This document shows, one piece after another, positions 39,172-50,692 of a stretch of DNA of 58,289 nt. The notes beneath the pieces are model-generated. The model worked only from the letters and a program-made list of their open reading frames with translations, was not told the DNA's origin and ran no database searches. Numbering within the stretch: position 1 is the stretch's first letter; every line of letters starts with the position of its first letter. The translations under genes were made by a program, and so were the position numbers. This DNA comes from Catajapyx aquilonaris (Eukaryota), in assembly GCA_000934665.2 (NCBI GenBank), contig JYFJ02002368.1, positions 1-58,289 on the forward strand, in the 5' to 3' direction.

Positions 39172-40352
39172 TTTATGCTGGGGAATAAATAGTCATTTGG
39201 ATTAGACGGATATTATCTCTTTTTTATAAGCATTACAATAATTGCACTAGGCTTTTTTTTCCAGGGTAGTGTGACATTTAAAAAAATTCTGCGATTCCGA
39301 TGTGTGAATGGTGAGTACAGCAGCGATTAAAAATCCCGTCATTTACAGGTTTAATCACGCAGCAATTAAGGGTCGCTTGTATAGCCTACCAGGTCAGATA
39401 ATATCGGATTCTTGCCTACTAAAATCTGTATTTGGCACGAAAAACATTGCCCTAAACTGTCAAATCATTTGGTCAGGCAAGAATCTGAGTTAACCGACAT
39501 GGTGCAGAAGAACAGTATAAGCAAAAAACGCAATTGCAATGGGCAGTAAAACCAATAATAATTGCTTGGCGACTAGCTCCATTTTAGAAATATTGGAACT
39601 ACTGGATTAATTTGTGTAATAAAATGGGGCTGGACGAATGACACTTCACCTCGGCTAATTTATAAAATCAGTCCTTTACCATATTTTACAAACATTTAAT
39701 TCCCTTAAAAATGCAATAGTGTTCGTTTCTTGGATCCATTCAAATTTTGAACACCAGGAATTGTAATGGTACCATTTTATAACACTAATTGTCTGTTTGG
39801 GGACATTAGAGTTGAATCGATTGTTGGCTGATGGGCTGAGTTGAACAGGACAGTTGTGCTGTCTTCTGGAGACATTCATAATAATTCTGAAATTTTGATG
39901 TACGTACAGTAATTATTATATCAAAATTTGTACTTGAGTAATTGTGGTTTGATGTGTTATTTGACAAAATGCTTTCTTTTATGCAGGTGCAGCCTTCAGA
40001 TATTATATCAGTGGTCTGACAGGTCTACATTACCATGCTGCTGCCGCCTTCACAGCCCTAAGCAAGCATCACCTCCATCCTCTACAATAGTACATGATCA
40101 TTGGTCTTTCATCGCAGCATCCAGCATCTCGATGGTCGTCGGACACACTGCATAAGCCATGGTGGCATTAAACATAGCAGCTGAATCTGAACTTGAGTGA
40201 GGGAAACAAGGGATGGGTTTCAAAAAATAATTCTCGACTGTTGATAAAATGAAGCACCGAAGTCACAAGCCTTGGGGTAGTTGTGATGTTGACATTGTTG
40301 GAGGCATGCTGTGTATGTAACGTTGATACGAAATTGTACTTTTTGCTGCTAA

Positions 40353-40479
40353 GGGCCGGTTTCACCGAGCTCAGTATATGATAAAACCAGGGTTCTTTCT
40401 CAAAATCCCTATCTATTTGTATTGGATTTTCCTAAAGAAACCTGGTTTTATCATATACCAAGCTCGGTGAAACCGGCCC
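40353..40479. mobile_element. PIF/Harbinger (Tourist-type) MITE
   Basis: 127-bp fold-back with ~40-bp near-perfect TIRs GGGCCGGTTTCACCGAGCT..GTATATGATAAAACCAGG; TAA on both flanks (40350-40352, 40480-40482), the Harbinger-type TSD. Confidence 0.85.
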
Positions 40480-41559
40480 TAAGAGACCCTGAACCAATTC
40501 CATAGTTTATTAGTAACTTGTTGCCTGACATTTTGATCTCATACATATATTCTAATGAGGCATATGGAAGAGATGTTGGGGCCACAAGGTGTTATTAAAA
40601 CATGATTCATTTTCTACTAATTAATATTTGTGACATTGATGACATGCAGGTGATTTTTGGATAGGTGAACTTCAATGGCATTGGGCAAGTACAGTGGTGC
40701 CCTGATTATATTGGGAAGAGACAGAATAGCCACTCAAGGTACTGCTAAATAATTAGCCGATTAGTTATGAGAAAAATGACATTGAAGGTAAGACTTGACT
40801 AAAAGACTAATGCACGGTATGTCCATTTTCATCGCGAAATTGAGCCCCATATTGGAGTAAAACCATAATGTCACAATGACCTTGTCATTGCTCGTTAACT
40901 TGCAAAGTTCGCAGGTTCAATCAAGTGTCGTATGCTTCGCAGTGAATACACAAGTAACACCATATTTTGTGAGAAGGCTACCACTTAATAGAAAAAATGA
41001 TACTCAAACTCATGGTTTCCATTTGTCAGATTTAATGGTTTCAAGGCAGATTTTTTTTACAAATGATCACTGCCAGACCATATTCCAGGGGTGGTAGGCT
41101 ACAGCAGGAAACTCGACTGCATTGGGATGTGTCATAGAAGAAAGGTGTAAATTCTTGCCTGACATGCCAAGGGTCATTACTAAAATCGTAAAATGTAATG
41201 CTGGATAATAGGCTTTGTTGTTAAATGTGGAAGAGGATTTGTCATGTCTTTATTTACAATGCACTGTCCAAATCTGCAGTACAACAGTGAAGCTCATAGT
41301 CACTCTCTTCAGAGAATTGAATGGAATGAAGGCGACTTGCATTCCCAGTTGTGCCAGTCATTATAATTTACTGTTGATCGCCCATAGCTGTTTGTGATAT
41401 CAAGTGTCTCCCAGTGTGGGGCTGTGGGCGCATGTTGGTCGTTTGAAACTTTTCTAATTGCTTTTGTAGTGTCATATATATTGATCAAGTGACTACTACT
41501 GCATCACTGACCACCACGGTTTTTGATAATGTGCATCTGTTGATGCATGGTGCATTACC

Positions 41560-41968
41560 CTCAAGTGCCAAAAGTCATGGGATAGGTATCCTCTAGCCTT
41601 GTGAAGTGCAGAAACTCTTATGTGGCATTGATGCCATAAGTTGAGCCATGCCATTTGGATGGATAGCCACCTGCAACTTCTTGGATTATTGAAGCTTTGA
41701 AGGTGCATGATTTTGGACCTCGTCACCACGTCTCATAATAATGCTGGATAGGATTCAGTCTGGCCACATCATTCTTCATAACGCTGCTTGAACCAATTCA
41801 GGACCTGCTAATGAAACTGCATTAGCCTGCTGGAATTTCACATCGTCATAAAGCAGTGCCAGGAGCTGCGTTCAGCACCCTGCCTCACGACAAAACCTGG
41901 CCATACACGCCAGGGTGGTGTGATTTCAAAAGTTTCATGTTTCGATCCCACGACTTTTGGCACTTGAG
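41560..41968 (-). mobile_element. Internally deleted, decayed Tc1/mariner element
   Basis: 24-bp inverted termini CTCAAGTGCCAAAAGTC[A/G]TGGGAT (41560-41583 / 41945-41968, 1 mismatch). The - strand holds frameshifted Tc1 transposase C-terminal relics: FQQANA (cf. FQQDNA), WP..LNPIQH (cf. WP..SPDLNPIE), MASMP..RVSALHKARG (cf. SMPRRV.AV..AKGG). Confidence 0.75.
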
Positions 41969-43198
41969 TCTTGCATAACAATGATTATAAAATCATGTGA
42001 ACTGTTTCACCTGATTTACATTCTTGCATCTCTGTTGCTTTCAGATTTCTTTCGCCCAGAGGAAGAGCAGCAGTGATTTCCAGGACTGTTGTTACCAGAG
42101 GATGATACCCATGACGAGATGTTGCTGTAGGTCAGTATCATTGAGATTTTTGAGTGTTGGCTCCTGTGAGAATTACCTGACTGCAATAAAATGACTCTTC
42201 TGAATGTATCTGCTTTCTATTGGGAAATGAGGGGAAACCTTTTGTGCTGCACTCGAAGTCTTTGCAGGTGGAATATTGCTCATTTTGCAATAGAAAATTC
42301 ATTGCTTTGAAATTCTGCCTAATATTAGCAGCTAGTGCTTTTGATAACCATGCATAGTAACTTTGCAAGAGTAACTGCCTAATAATAACATTAATAAGCA
42401 ACTTAGTACAATAGAGCTGCAACAGCAATTGGAAAAATGTTAATGTGAAAAATTGAAGCTCAATTTTTGAATATATGTCTTGAATGTGTGTCAGCCAAAT
42501 ATCTTCATTTAAATGTTACTTTTATTGCCTTCAACATTGTACATTAAGTTGCTATTATTATTCACATCATAATTATGTGAATAATAGAAATTTCTGCTGT
42601 TAGTGTGGCTTGGAATATATTAGCTGGGAGCAGGTTTGCTACCAACTGCTGCCTACAGTGATTGCACTCAGCATATCATTGCAGCCAAGTATTTATGCTA
42701 ATGACTGTAAAATAACTGATCATATATCTTAACCTGGCCCACTATTTGGTTGCAAGGCCAGAGTATTTCCACAAACTGATGCCCATGCCAACATGGTTGA
42801 CTTTTGTGGTAGGGTGTATTCTCAAAATGGTTCTTTGGTTCCAATAATATAATCCTGGTTGACAATGTCAGCAGATCAGTTGTGTTTCTGGATTGGCAAT
42901 GATCTTACTCTATCTCTATGTGTGGGGCAACAGTTAATCAACATGTATTAGGCTGCATTAATGCCAGTTCACATCAGAACCACTTTTTTCCCCCCAAGTT
43001 AGCTTAAGAAGGGCATCAATATTAATTGCAATCAGTTACTTTTCCACCACACATTTTCTGTGCTGCTGTCCTATTGGGCTAATTCAAATGTTCCGAGTAA
43101 TTGCACTTAGGACACTTATGAGGTTATGACACTGTATTTTTTTCCATGATGCTTTTTGGGCTGAATCGACAAATGGGTGGCATATTGGCGTGATTGGG

Positions 43199-44685
43199 TT
43201 AGGCTTCCTCCAGAACCAGATCATTTGACAATTCTTTAAATATATTGTACTGGAGGATGTCAGCTAAGGACAGCATGATGTGCCTGCACTTGTTGGCCGT
43301 CCTACGTCTGTTTTCATCTTCCATCTGATGCCACTTATCTTCCATGCGCTTTCGATATATTTCCAGCTCAATTGATATTCTCTTGCGATACGACTGCAGT
43401 ATTTCATTCATTCGGTTCGTAGTCCGTAGGTGGGTGTCACGATTGGTCTGGAATGCATTTCGCATCTTGGGCGACGTTGCGATCCTCAACTTATCCCTCA
43501 CTTCGTCTACAGCATCCACCCAAGATTGACACTCCTTTGGATGGTTAGAGCGCGGCACATACGCGAACTGCAACAATATTAGGTCTTTACACGGGTCATC
43601 GATATTCCATGCATGATGATACCAGGTATACGCACATGAGCAAGGCGTCTCTGGAAGACGGACGTTTTGTCCATGAATTCCTGGCTTCTCTTCAGGTTCG
43701 TTCTGCTCATCTTCCTGAGAAGACACATGAAAACTTCAGCCTCGTTTTTAAAGAAGGACTCAAAATCCTCTTTAGATGCGATCATGAATTTGTAGGCCTC
43801 CTTTTTCTGTGGAGAATTGACAGCATAGGCCTTATTTAGTTACTGAAACAGGCACACAGTAAGCCTATTACCTCACGGACGTTACTTCGGTCTTGAATGA
43901 TTTTATTGCATTTCTTCTCGTAGTCAAAAAGGCGGATCCGGATATGTCGCAGAGTTGATATGTTTTTACACCATGGAATGAAGTTCTGATGGAAATAGAA
44001 TCGCATATTATTAGCACTCGGGCAGTTGCATAAACATGTGACATGTGACATTTAGGTATGTGCATGATGAAAGTGTGCAGTACTGTATAGGCCTACTGGT
44101 GTCATGCAATTATTCAGGAAATGGTTCAACTACGTACCTTCTCCAGGGGACATATTTCTGGATCGTAATGGAAATCTTTACCAAGAAACCAATCGTGCTG
44201 ACGGTACTTCTTTGGTATGGTGAAATTGACAATGACGAACAGCAAATATTTCACCCTGTTTACGTATTCCAATGTTAGTATACATTTCTCATCCAATTCT
44301 TCGTTGCGGGAATCTCGAGCCTGGAGTATTTTGTCAATTTCGATGTAGCACTCATTTCGGATGATGATGGCGTAACCCTGAAAGGAAAGTGGAGCAATAT
44401 CATTGTTGCTGTAAACAACACTCGTATTACATTTTATTTATGAATTCATATTAACAATATATTTATTTTATTTGAACAGACGGATAGATCTCATGTTGCT
44501 CAGAAGTTTGCCCTAAAAACCAGAAAAACCATTATTATGGGTGAATATTATTCTACTGTATACAGTGCACATACACGAAGACGTGAAATCATGCAAATGC
44601 TTACCAACATCTGTTCCTTCAAGTCTTCACTGGAGCGAGTGACCTCTGAAGGAGTATCCTCCGGCACAATTGCAGTATGCTCCAT
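43199..44685 (-). CDS. Uncharacterised 5-exon gene (44685-44605, 44377-44138, 43985-43872, 43806-43636, 43567-43199), ~324 aa, charged/helical protein
   Basis: Five open exons joined by four phase-0 GT-AG introns (donors gtaagc, gtacgt, gtaata, gtgcgt; pyrimidine-rich acceptors) give one stop-free frame MEHTAIVPEDTPSEV...GYAIIIRNECY...NFIPWCKN...KKEAYKFMIAS...FAYVPRSNHP...DLVLEEA*. No family recognised; exon 1 is the least certain. Confidence 0.7.
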
Positions 44686-45078
44686 AATTGCAGTACGAGA
44701 CAAAATGTTAATTACGACTGAAATTTTGAGTAGGTCTCAAGTGATCTCTGGTTTGTTTAGACTAGTAAATATGGAAACCAAAAAAAAGTGTCACCAATAG
44801 GGCAGAATAGGGTTGCTAAGTAAGTGGGCAGCATTTTTCTCACAAAATGTACAGTAGCCTACTAACTAAGTTGTGCTTAATGTCATGTACGGTAATTCTA
44901 TGTGTGTGTAATTGTGTATGCAACATAAGTTAACGTGCTGAAACATTTTTTTTTCGTTGTAAATGGTCTGGACTGGTTGCAGCGCTGATATGCGGCCACA
45001 ATGCGAACCTGATCATAGAGCCTCGAGGGGCCTCAGGAGTAGAAACAGATGGGCCTTGAGCTGCCTTTCAAATCAAAG
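44686..45078. promoter_or_regulatory. Probable bidirectional promoter between the uncharacterised gene (-) and RBM28 (+)
   Basis: Only 393 bp between divergent ATGs; the RBM28 start lies in AAGATGGCG (YY1/Pho-like motif common at housekeeping gene starts). Confidence 0.5.
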
Positions 45079-48000
45079 ATGGCGTCTCCTGAAAAACGTG
45101 GTGGTGCCTCGTGTTCGATTTTCGTCGGGAACATTCCGCAGGAATGGAGCAAGTCCAACTTGGACGAGGTCTTCGGGGCCGTAGGACCAGTCAAGAGGAG
45201 CATTGTGGTCCAGCAAGGTGCGTCGGGAAGGGGAATTTAATGAAAAATGTGGGTGGTGCTAACTTTTGTGAATGACTTTTCAGGTGGTAACAGACGTAAT
45301 GTTGGGTATGTGCACTACGAGGAGGCGAAGCATGCAGCGGAAGCACTGGATCAGCTGAGGGGAAAGACTATCGGTGGCGTGAGGCTTGTTTTGAAACCGG
45401 CCAAAGATAGGAAAGCGGGACATGACACCCACACCGTTGAGAGAATACCCGAGAGGAGATGGATCCCGCATGTTAACAAGAAGGCCCGGATTGTGGTGCG
45501 GAACCTCTCGTTTAAGGTGAGCGGATGAAGCGACATGCTGTGGACTGGGGATGCTTACCTGCCGTCGTTGCATTTCAGGCTTCAGAAGAAACGGTTAAAG
45601 ACCATTTCTCCCGGTATGGCGAAGTGTTGGAGGTCAGCATACTGCGCAAGCCTGATGGGAAGATGGTGGGCTGCTGCTTCGTGCAGTTCTCCTCTCTTCC
45701 AAGTGCAGCACAGGCCATTAAGTTGGCCAATGCAAAACCGCTTCTGAATCGTCCCGTTGCAGTTGACTGGGCCATTCCCAAGGATCAGTTTCGCCAGGGT
45801 GGAAAACCTAAGGAAGCCTATGTGGTCAAGGTTGAAAATGAAGAGGAAGCAGGCAGTCTCAACGAGGATGGTGTAAGGGTCAAACAGGAGGCAGAAGAAA
45901 GTGACGCTGAGGAAGTTGCGGTAAAGGAGGAACCAGAAAGCGAAGACGAAGATGATGAGGATGAAGAGGAAAGTGATGAAGAGGATGATGATGATGAAAG
46001 CGATGATGACGATGATGAAAGGTTCGTTTGTGTAACCATCCTGATTATGCAGTTGAAATCTACATACTTAAGCTCAGATTAAATGTTGTGTAATGTTTTG
46101 GACGAGGTTTCAAAGTAATTTCAATATAGTTAAAATTAGTCGGGGGGCCAACGTGTTACAAAAGTTTCAGCAGGGCAATTTTGAATCCAATCAAGGCCAG
46201 TAGACTATTTCAACGAAATTAATATCAGATATAATATAAATACATCTGGTTGTTTTTCACTTACGCAACTTCTGCTTGCAGTGATGAGGAGGAACCATCA
46301 CAGAAGCCAAAGCGGGATCTGAAACGCGACGGAGGTGAAGGAAAAACAGCTTTCATCAGGAACCTTTCCTTTGACTCAACTGCAGAGGATTTGAAGAAAC
46401 TGTTTGGGCAGTTTGGCAGAACTGGTTACGCAGTCCTGTGCATTAACAAGTTGACGAAGCATTCAAAAGGAACTGCATTTGTCAATTTCGAGGTTTGTTC
46501 TGTCGGTTATTCTTCTTGGAACAGCATATTTCAATTTTATTCAAAAACTAATGGAATAAGTTGCTCCGAGTATGTTATCGTGACAAAACGAGTGCCAGAA
46601 TATGTAATGTTAGTGTAATTATTGCTTTTCGCAGGACCCAGAATCGTTTAATAAGTGCGTGGAAGCAGCTAAATCTAGAGCAGGTCTGACTTTAGATGGA
46701 CGTCGGTTGACTGTAATGAAAGCCATCAGCAAGGAACCAAAGCGGGAGCTGAAAAGTGACGCAGGTGAAGGGAAAACAATTTTCATCAGGAACCTTTCCT
46801 TTGACTCAACTGAAGAGGATTTGAAGGAACTCTTTGGGCAGTTTGGCACCACTGTTTACGCAGTCCTGAGCATGGACACGTTGACGGAGCATCCAAAGGG
46901 AACTGCATTTGTCAAGTTTGAGGTTTGTTCTGTCGGTTATTCATCTTGGAACAGTATATTTCACTCTTATTAAAAAATGAATGGAATAGGTATGTTATCA
47001 TTATGGAACGAGTATATAATGTTAATGTAAATATTGCTTTTCGCAGGACCCGGAGTCAGTTAATAAGTGTCTGGAAGCAGCAAAATCTGCAGCAGGTCTC
47101 AATTTAGATGGACGTCGGTTGGTTGTCATGAAAGCCATCAGCAGGGAGGACCTAAAGCAGCAAAAGGAAAACATGTCAGACAAGACTGGGAAAGATAATC
47201 GCAACTTATTCTTGGCACGTGAAGGATGTGAGTGACCGAAACGATACGTTTTAAAATTGAGAACCTATTATAAGAAAGCGGATTTATGTATTGTGACTAC
47301 CTGTGCATAATATATGTACAGGTAGACAGCAATAATACATGATACGACATAATTGGAGAGTTCCTTAATATGAGTGTCTACAACTGAGCATTCATCGCTT
47401 TAATTTAAATGGTTGAATTAAATAGTACTGAATGCACTGCATTTCTCAAACCTTCATAACGATTCTTGGTCTATAGTGGTGCGGCCAGGCACAGATGCAG
47501 CCCAAGGTGTGTCTGGATTTGACATGACCAAGCGTCTGCAGCTGGAGAGATGGAAGAGGCAGATGTTGAACAACTTGAACATGTTTGTGTCCAAGACCCG
47601 CCTATGCATCCACAATATTCCGCCATACTACACGGACAAGAAGTTAAGGTTTCTATTCATGCGGTTTGGAGGAGAAGGGTGTAAGGTCACAGAGGTCAGC
47701 GAACGTTCCTGCGGAAAAGATATAAGTTATTTTCGTCATGTTAAGAAATGGCATTGAATTCCCATTTTGCAGGCGAAAATAATGCGAGACCTGAAAAAGC
47801 CAGATGCCAACGGTGTAGGACTGTCAAAGGAGTATGGTTTCGTCAGCTTCTCTGAGCATGAGCATGCAATGAGAGCCCTTCGGAGCGTAAACAACAATCC
47901 ATCCATATTTACAAATCTAAAGGTAATCCTTACCTGGTTTCTATGAGCTTATTGCACAAGTAGTGTAATGACATACTAGGAGCATAACATTGTCATTAAA

Positions 48001-49076
48001 TTTTCAGAGGCCAATAGTCGAATTTTCATTGGAGAACCGTGCTGCAGTCAATGTGAAACAGAAGCGCCTGGAAAAGAGCCAGCAGAATAATTCCAAGTTG
48101 GAGAAGGACACTGGAGAGAAGAAAGGTGGAAAGGAGCGGAAGGAGAGGAAGCGGAAGAGGAAGGAAATCAGTGGAGAAGTAGAGGACACAAGCTTCATGG
48201 GAGCCACGTCTGACCCCAAGGTAAAGAGTGTCCTGTCTCAGCGGAAGATAACGGAGATGGTGAAGGCCAACACCGAGACGCAGTCGCAGTTGAAGAAGAA
48301 CAAGAAGATTACAAGGAAGATGCTAAATGCGAAGAACCAGAGAAAGAGGAAGAGGACTTTGGCCCAGACGGAGGAGGTTGCCGAAGACGCTCCTCCGCCC
48401 AAAGAAAAGGTCAGTTCCTGTCCTTCCGTCATCACCATTCATGTAGTAAGCACTGGCAGTCGTTGCCAACACATTCAAACTGGTTCCAAGGCCTCGTAGA
48501 CGCCTGTTTTCTTTTAAAAGACCTTGGCGATACCAGATGAAAGAGAAAACATATTCAGATGTGGTCTGGTTTTTATGCAGGTTGATAAATATTAAAGTAA
48601 AGAATTTGGTCTTACCTCTTGCCTACTGGATTAAAAGGCACGAATTTTGTGCTCCTCTGTGATCAAATTAATAATTCACTTCGTAATAACAGTTGCAAGC
48701 AAGGGACGCTAATTACATGCAGTGAACGACTTGCGCAGCAATTGAAAAGTAGCCATATCCAAAACCTTTTTACACGTAATCATTCGTATGGGCATTCTGT
48801 CAGTGAACTGCTTGTTTGTTGTCTTACTTGTGCTCATGGTGTTATTGTACCTTGAGTGTAAATTATGCATGATCACGGTACTTTCCCCCCTCAAGGTTCT
48901 GTTGCTTTTGAACATTGGTGCCAACTCTGTAATTTCAGAAGCAGAAACGTTCGAAGAAAGTGAAGAAGGAGAAGGAGCTGATGGAGGACAAGCACTTTGG
49001 GGAGATGGTGAACAGATACAAACGAGGGATCGAGATGGCCTCTGCAGAGAGGGGCGGGAAGAAGTGGTTTGAGTGA
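45079..49076 (+). CDS. RBM28: RNA-binding protein 28 (Nop4 homolog), 10 exons (45079-45217, 45284-45516, 45579-46021, 46282-46492, 46635-46922, 47047-47227, 47477-47694, 47773-47922, 48008-48409, 48939-49076), ~800 aa
   Basis: RRM1 (IFVGNIP), RRM2 (RIVVRNLSFK...RPVAVDWAIPKD), acidic D/E tract, RRM3 twice (FIRNLSFD...KGTAFV), DNRNLFLAREG, RRM4 (VSKTRLCIHNIP...EYGFVSF...NNNPSIF...RPIVEFSLEN), Lys-rich tail ending KKWFE*. All splice phases consistent (2403 nt). Confidence 0.95.
46303..47143 (+). repeat. Tandem ~420-bp duplication within RBM28 (RRM3 plus its intron)
   Basis: Copies ~46303-46730 and ~46731-47143 share coding sequence and intron starts (gtttgttctgtcggttattc[t/a]tcttggaacag) and acceptors (attgcttttcgcag|GACCC). 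Confidence 0.93.
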
Positions 49077-49759
49077 CATTAATTTGGAAAAGAAAGGGAC
49101 CCTGACATTAAACTCCTCCAAGACGAAGTGTAAAAAAGCGTCCACAACACGCAGTCTAGTGTTGCTCAACAGCGAGGCCACTCCCACTATAAATAGTTTT
49201 TGCCTCCCCCACCCACCAGGAGGAGGGGGGGAACTTCCTCCCCCCCACCCTCAGCCAACACTAGACTTAAGCACCCAAAAATCCCCAGCCCCATCTTGTG
49301 TGACTTTGCCAGCATGATGGGACTATTTTAACTCAACGCGACATGAGCGTGTGTGTGTTGCTTTGGCAAAAAGGATGACGGGAGAGAGAAAAAAAAGTGG
49401 CCAAAATGGTCTGGCTTAATGAATCGCTGGCACACTTTCACCGCACTACCGTTCCCCTTTGACCATTTTGCTGTTAATTGACAGTCACCGTGCATTTACG
49501 TTGTTGTAAGAAATTATGTGTGCTGTTTTGAAATATATAATTTGATTCTCTAATGTGCATGTGTTTTATCGTAGTACCGGCGAGGATTGGAAAATCAACG
49601 ACACAGCCTGTCATAAAAATTACACATTGACTTTTATAAGATAGTGTGAATACATAAGCTCTGTTTAAAAAGTCGAAGGGTAAGAGTTCGTTGCACTAGC
49701 GGACACCTGGGAGTGGAGGTGGGAGACCGAGAAAAAAAACATGGCAGTGGTTAAATAGC

Positions 49760-50692
49760 TCATATGGATGGCCTGCTTTGGGCAAAGTGCTTGGGCAGTG
49801 CCAGGTGTTTGTCCACTGGTGGGGCCGAGGTGAGTTCCTCCTCTTCCGTGGGTGGTCCGCCTTTCCGTCCATGACTTGCTGCCCCCAGTCCTGCCCCCAG
49901 TCCTGCTCCTGGACTCAGTTTACGACCACCACCACCACCACTGCCACTGGCAGGGGTGCGGATGTTGCGGTAGAACCGTTCAAACTGGGCTTTCAGATCG
50001 ATTTCTGACTTGCTGGCTGCACCTGCGGATGCGTCTGTGGTCTCCTCGCAATTCTCCTCATCGACCTCCTGAGAATTGAAGTGATTTTGCAAATGTCAAT
50101 TAACATGCTTATAAGGATGGCATTCGCCAAATTTATCATTTTATATTGATAAAAGCTGAATTAAACTGGTACGCCAACATGAGCAAATGGCTGGATTCAT
50201 AACAGATGTGATGTATAATATGGTTACAACTTATAAGTTGCTGTCAACAACTTGCGTGAATCTAGTTTTCACTGCATCTGCCCTCTGCTGTACTTTTTGC
50301 TTACATTGGCAATAGAAACACTTGTTAAGGTGACACCCAGTTGTACTGCTTGTAAACAATTGCATAAGCAAGATTACTTGACAAAAAATTTGTGACATTA
50401 TATTGCCAATGCAGAAATGTAGATGCAGCAAACAGTACAAGAAAATTGGCAATCATTTACATCCTTTGCGTACATGTTTACCTCTACATACACCTTAGCA
50501 TATTGTGATCGTACTGACCTTGATCTCGTCAAATGTGACAGGTTGCGTTCTAAATCGTCCACCTTGATGCATTTTTTTCTTGACTGCCCTGCGGTACAGC
50601 TGTGGATGTGATTCTACTGCATTTATGCTTCGGTGCAATCGGGAGAGGGGCTCCGGATAAACCGCATCCACATGAAACTCCTTTAGTGACAT
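49760..50692 (-). CDS. C11orf96-like (DUF4695-like) protein, 2 coding exons (50692-50519, 50068-49760), ~160 aa
   Basis: A phase-0 GT-AG intron (AAG|gtcagt ... ttctcag|GAG) joins [16 protein letters not shown]...[21 protein letters not shown] to EVDEENCEE...[26 protein letters not shown] matches the recalled human C11orf96 core [18 protein letters not shown]. Confidence 0.8.

Noticed and set aside
1..39900. Xlox/Pdx or Gsx/ind homeobox (intact ParaHox cluster)
   Set aside because: No second homeodomain or hexapeptide exon found on either strand or in the ORF track; a very decayed relic cannot be excluded without tblastn.
40880..41290. Faint resemblance to a decayed transposase C-terminus (RRLP..., LPDMP...KC)
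   Set aside because: Too degenerate, with multiple stops and no termini; needs tblastn against Repbase.
42046..42130. Exon-like segment on + (tttcag|...|gtcagt)
   Set aside because: No partner exons or coherent gene model.
44482..44512. Possible micro-exon in intron 1 of the orphan gene
   Set aside because: Its only donor is weak and phase 1, which would put a stop in the next exon.
45818..46039. Poly-Ser ORF on the - strand
   Set aside because: Antisense of the RBM28 acidic D/E tract.
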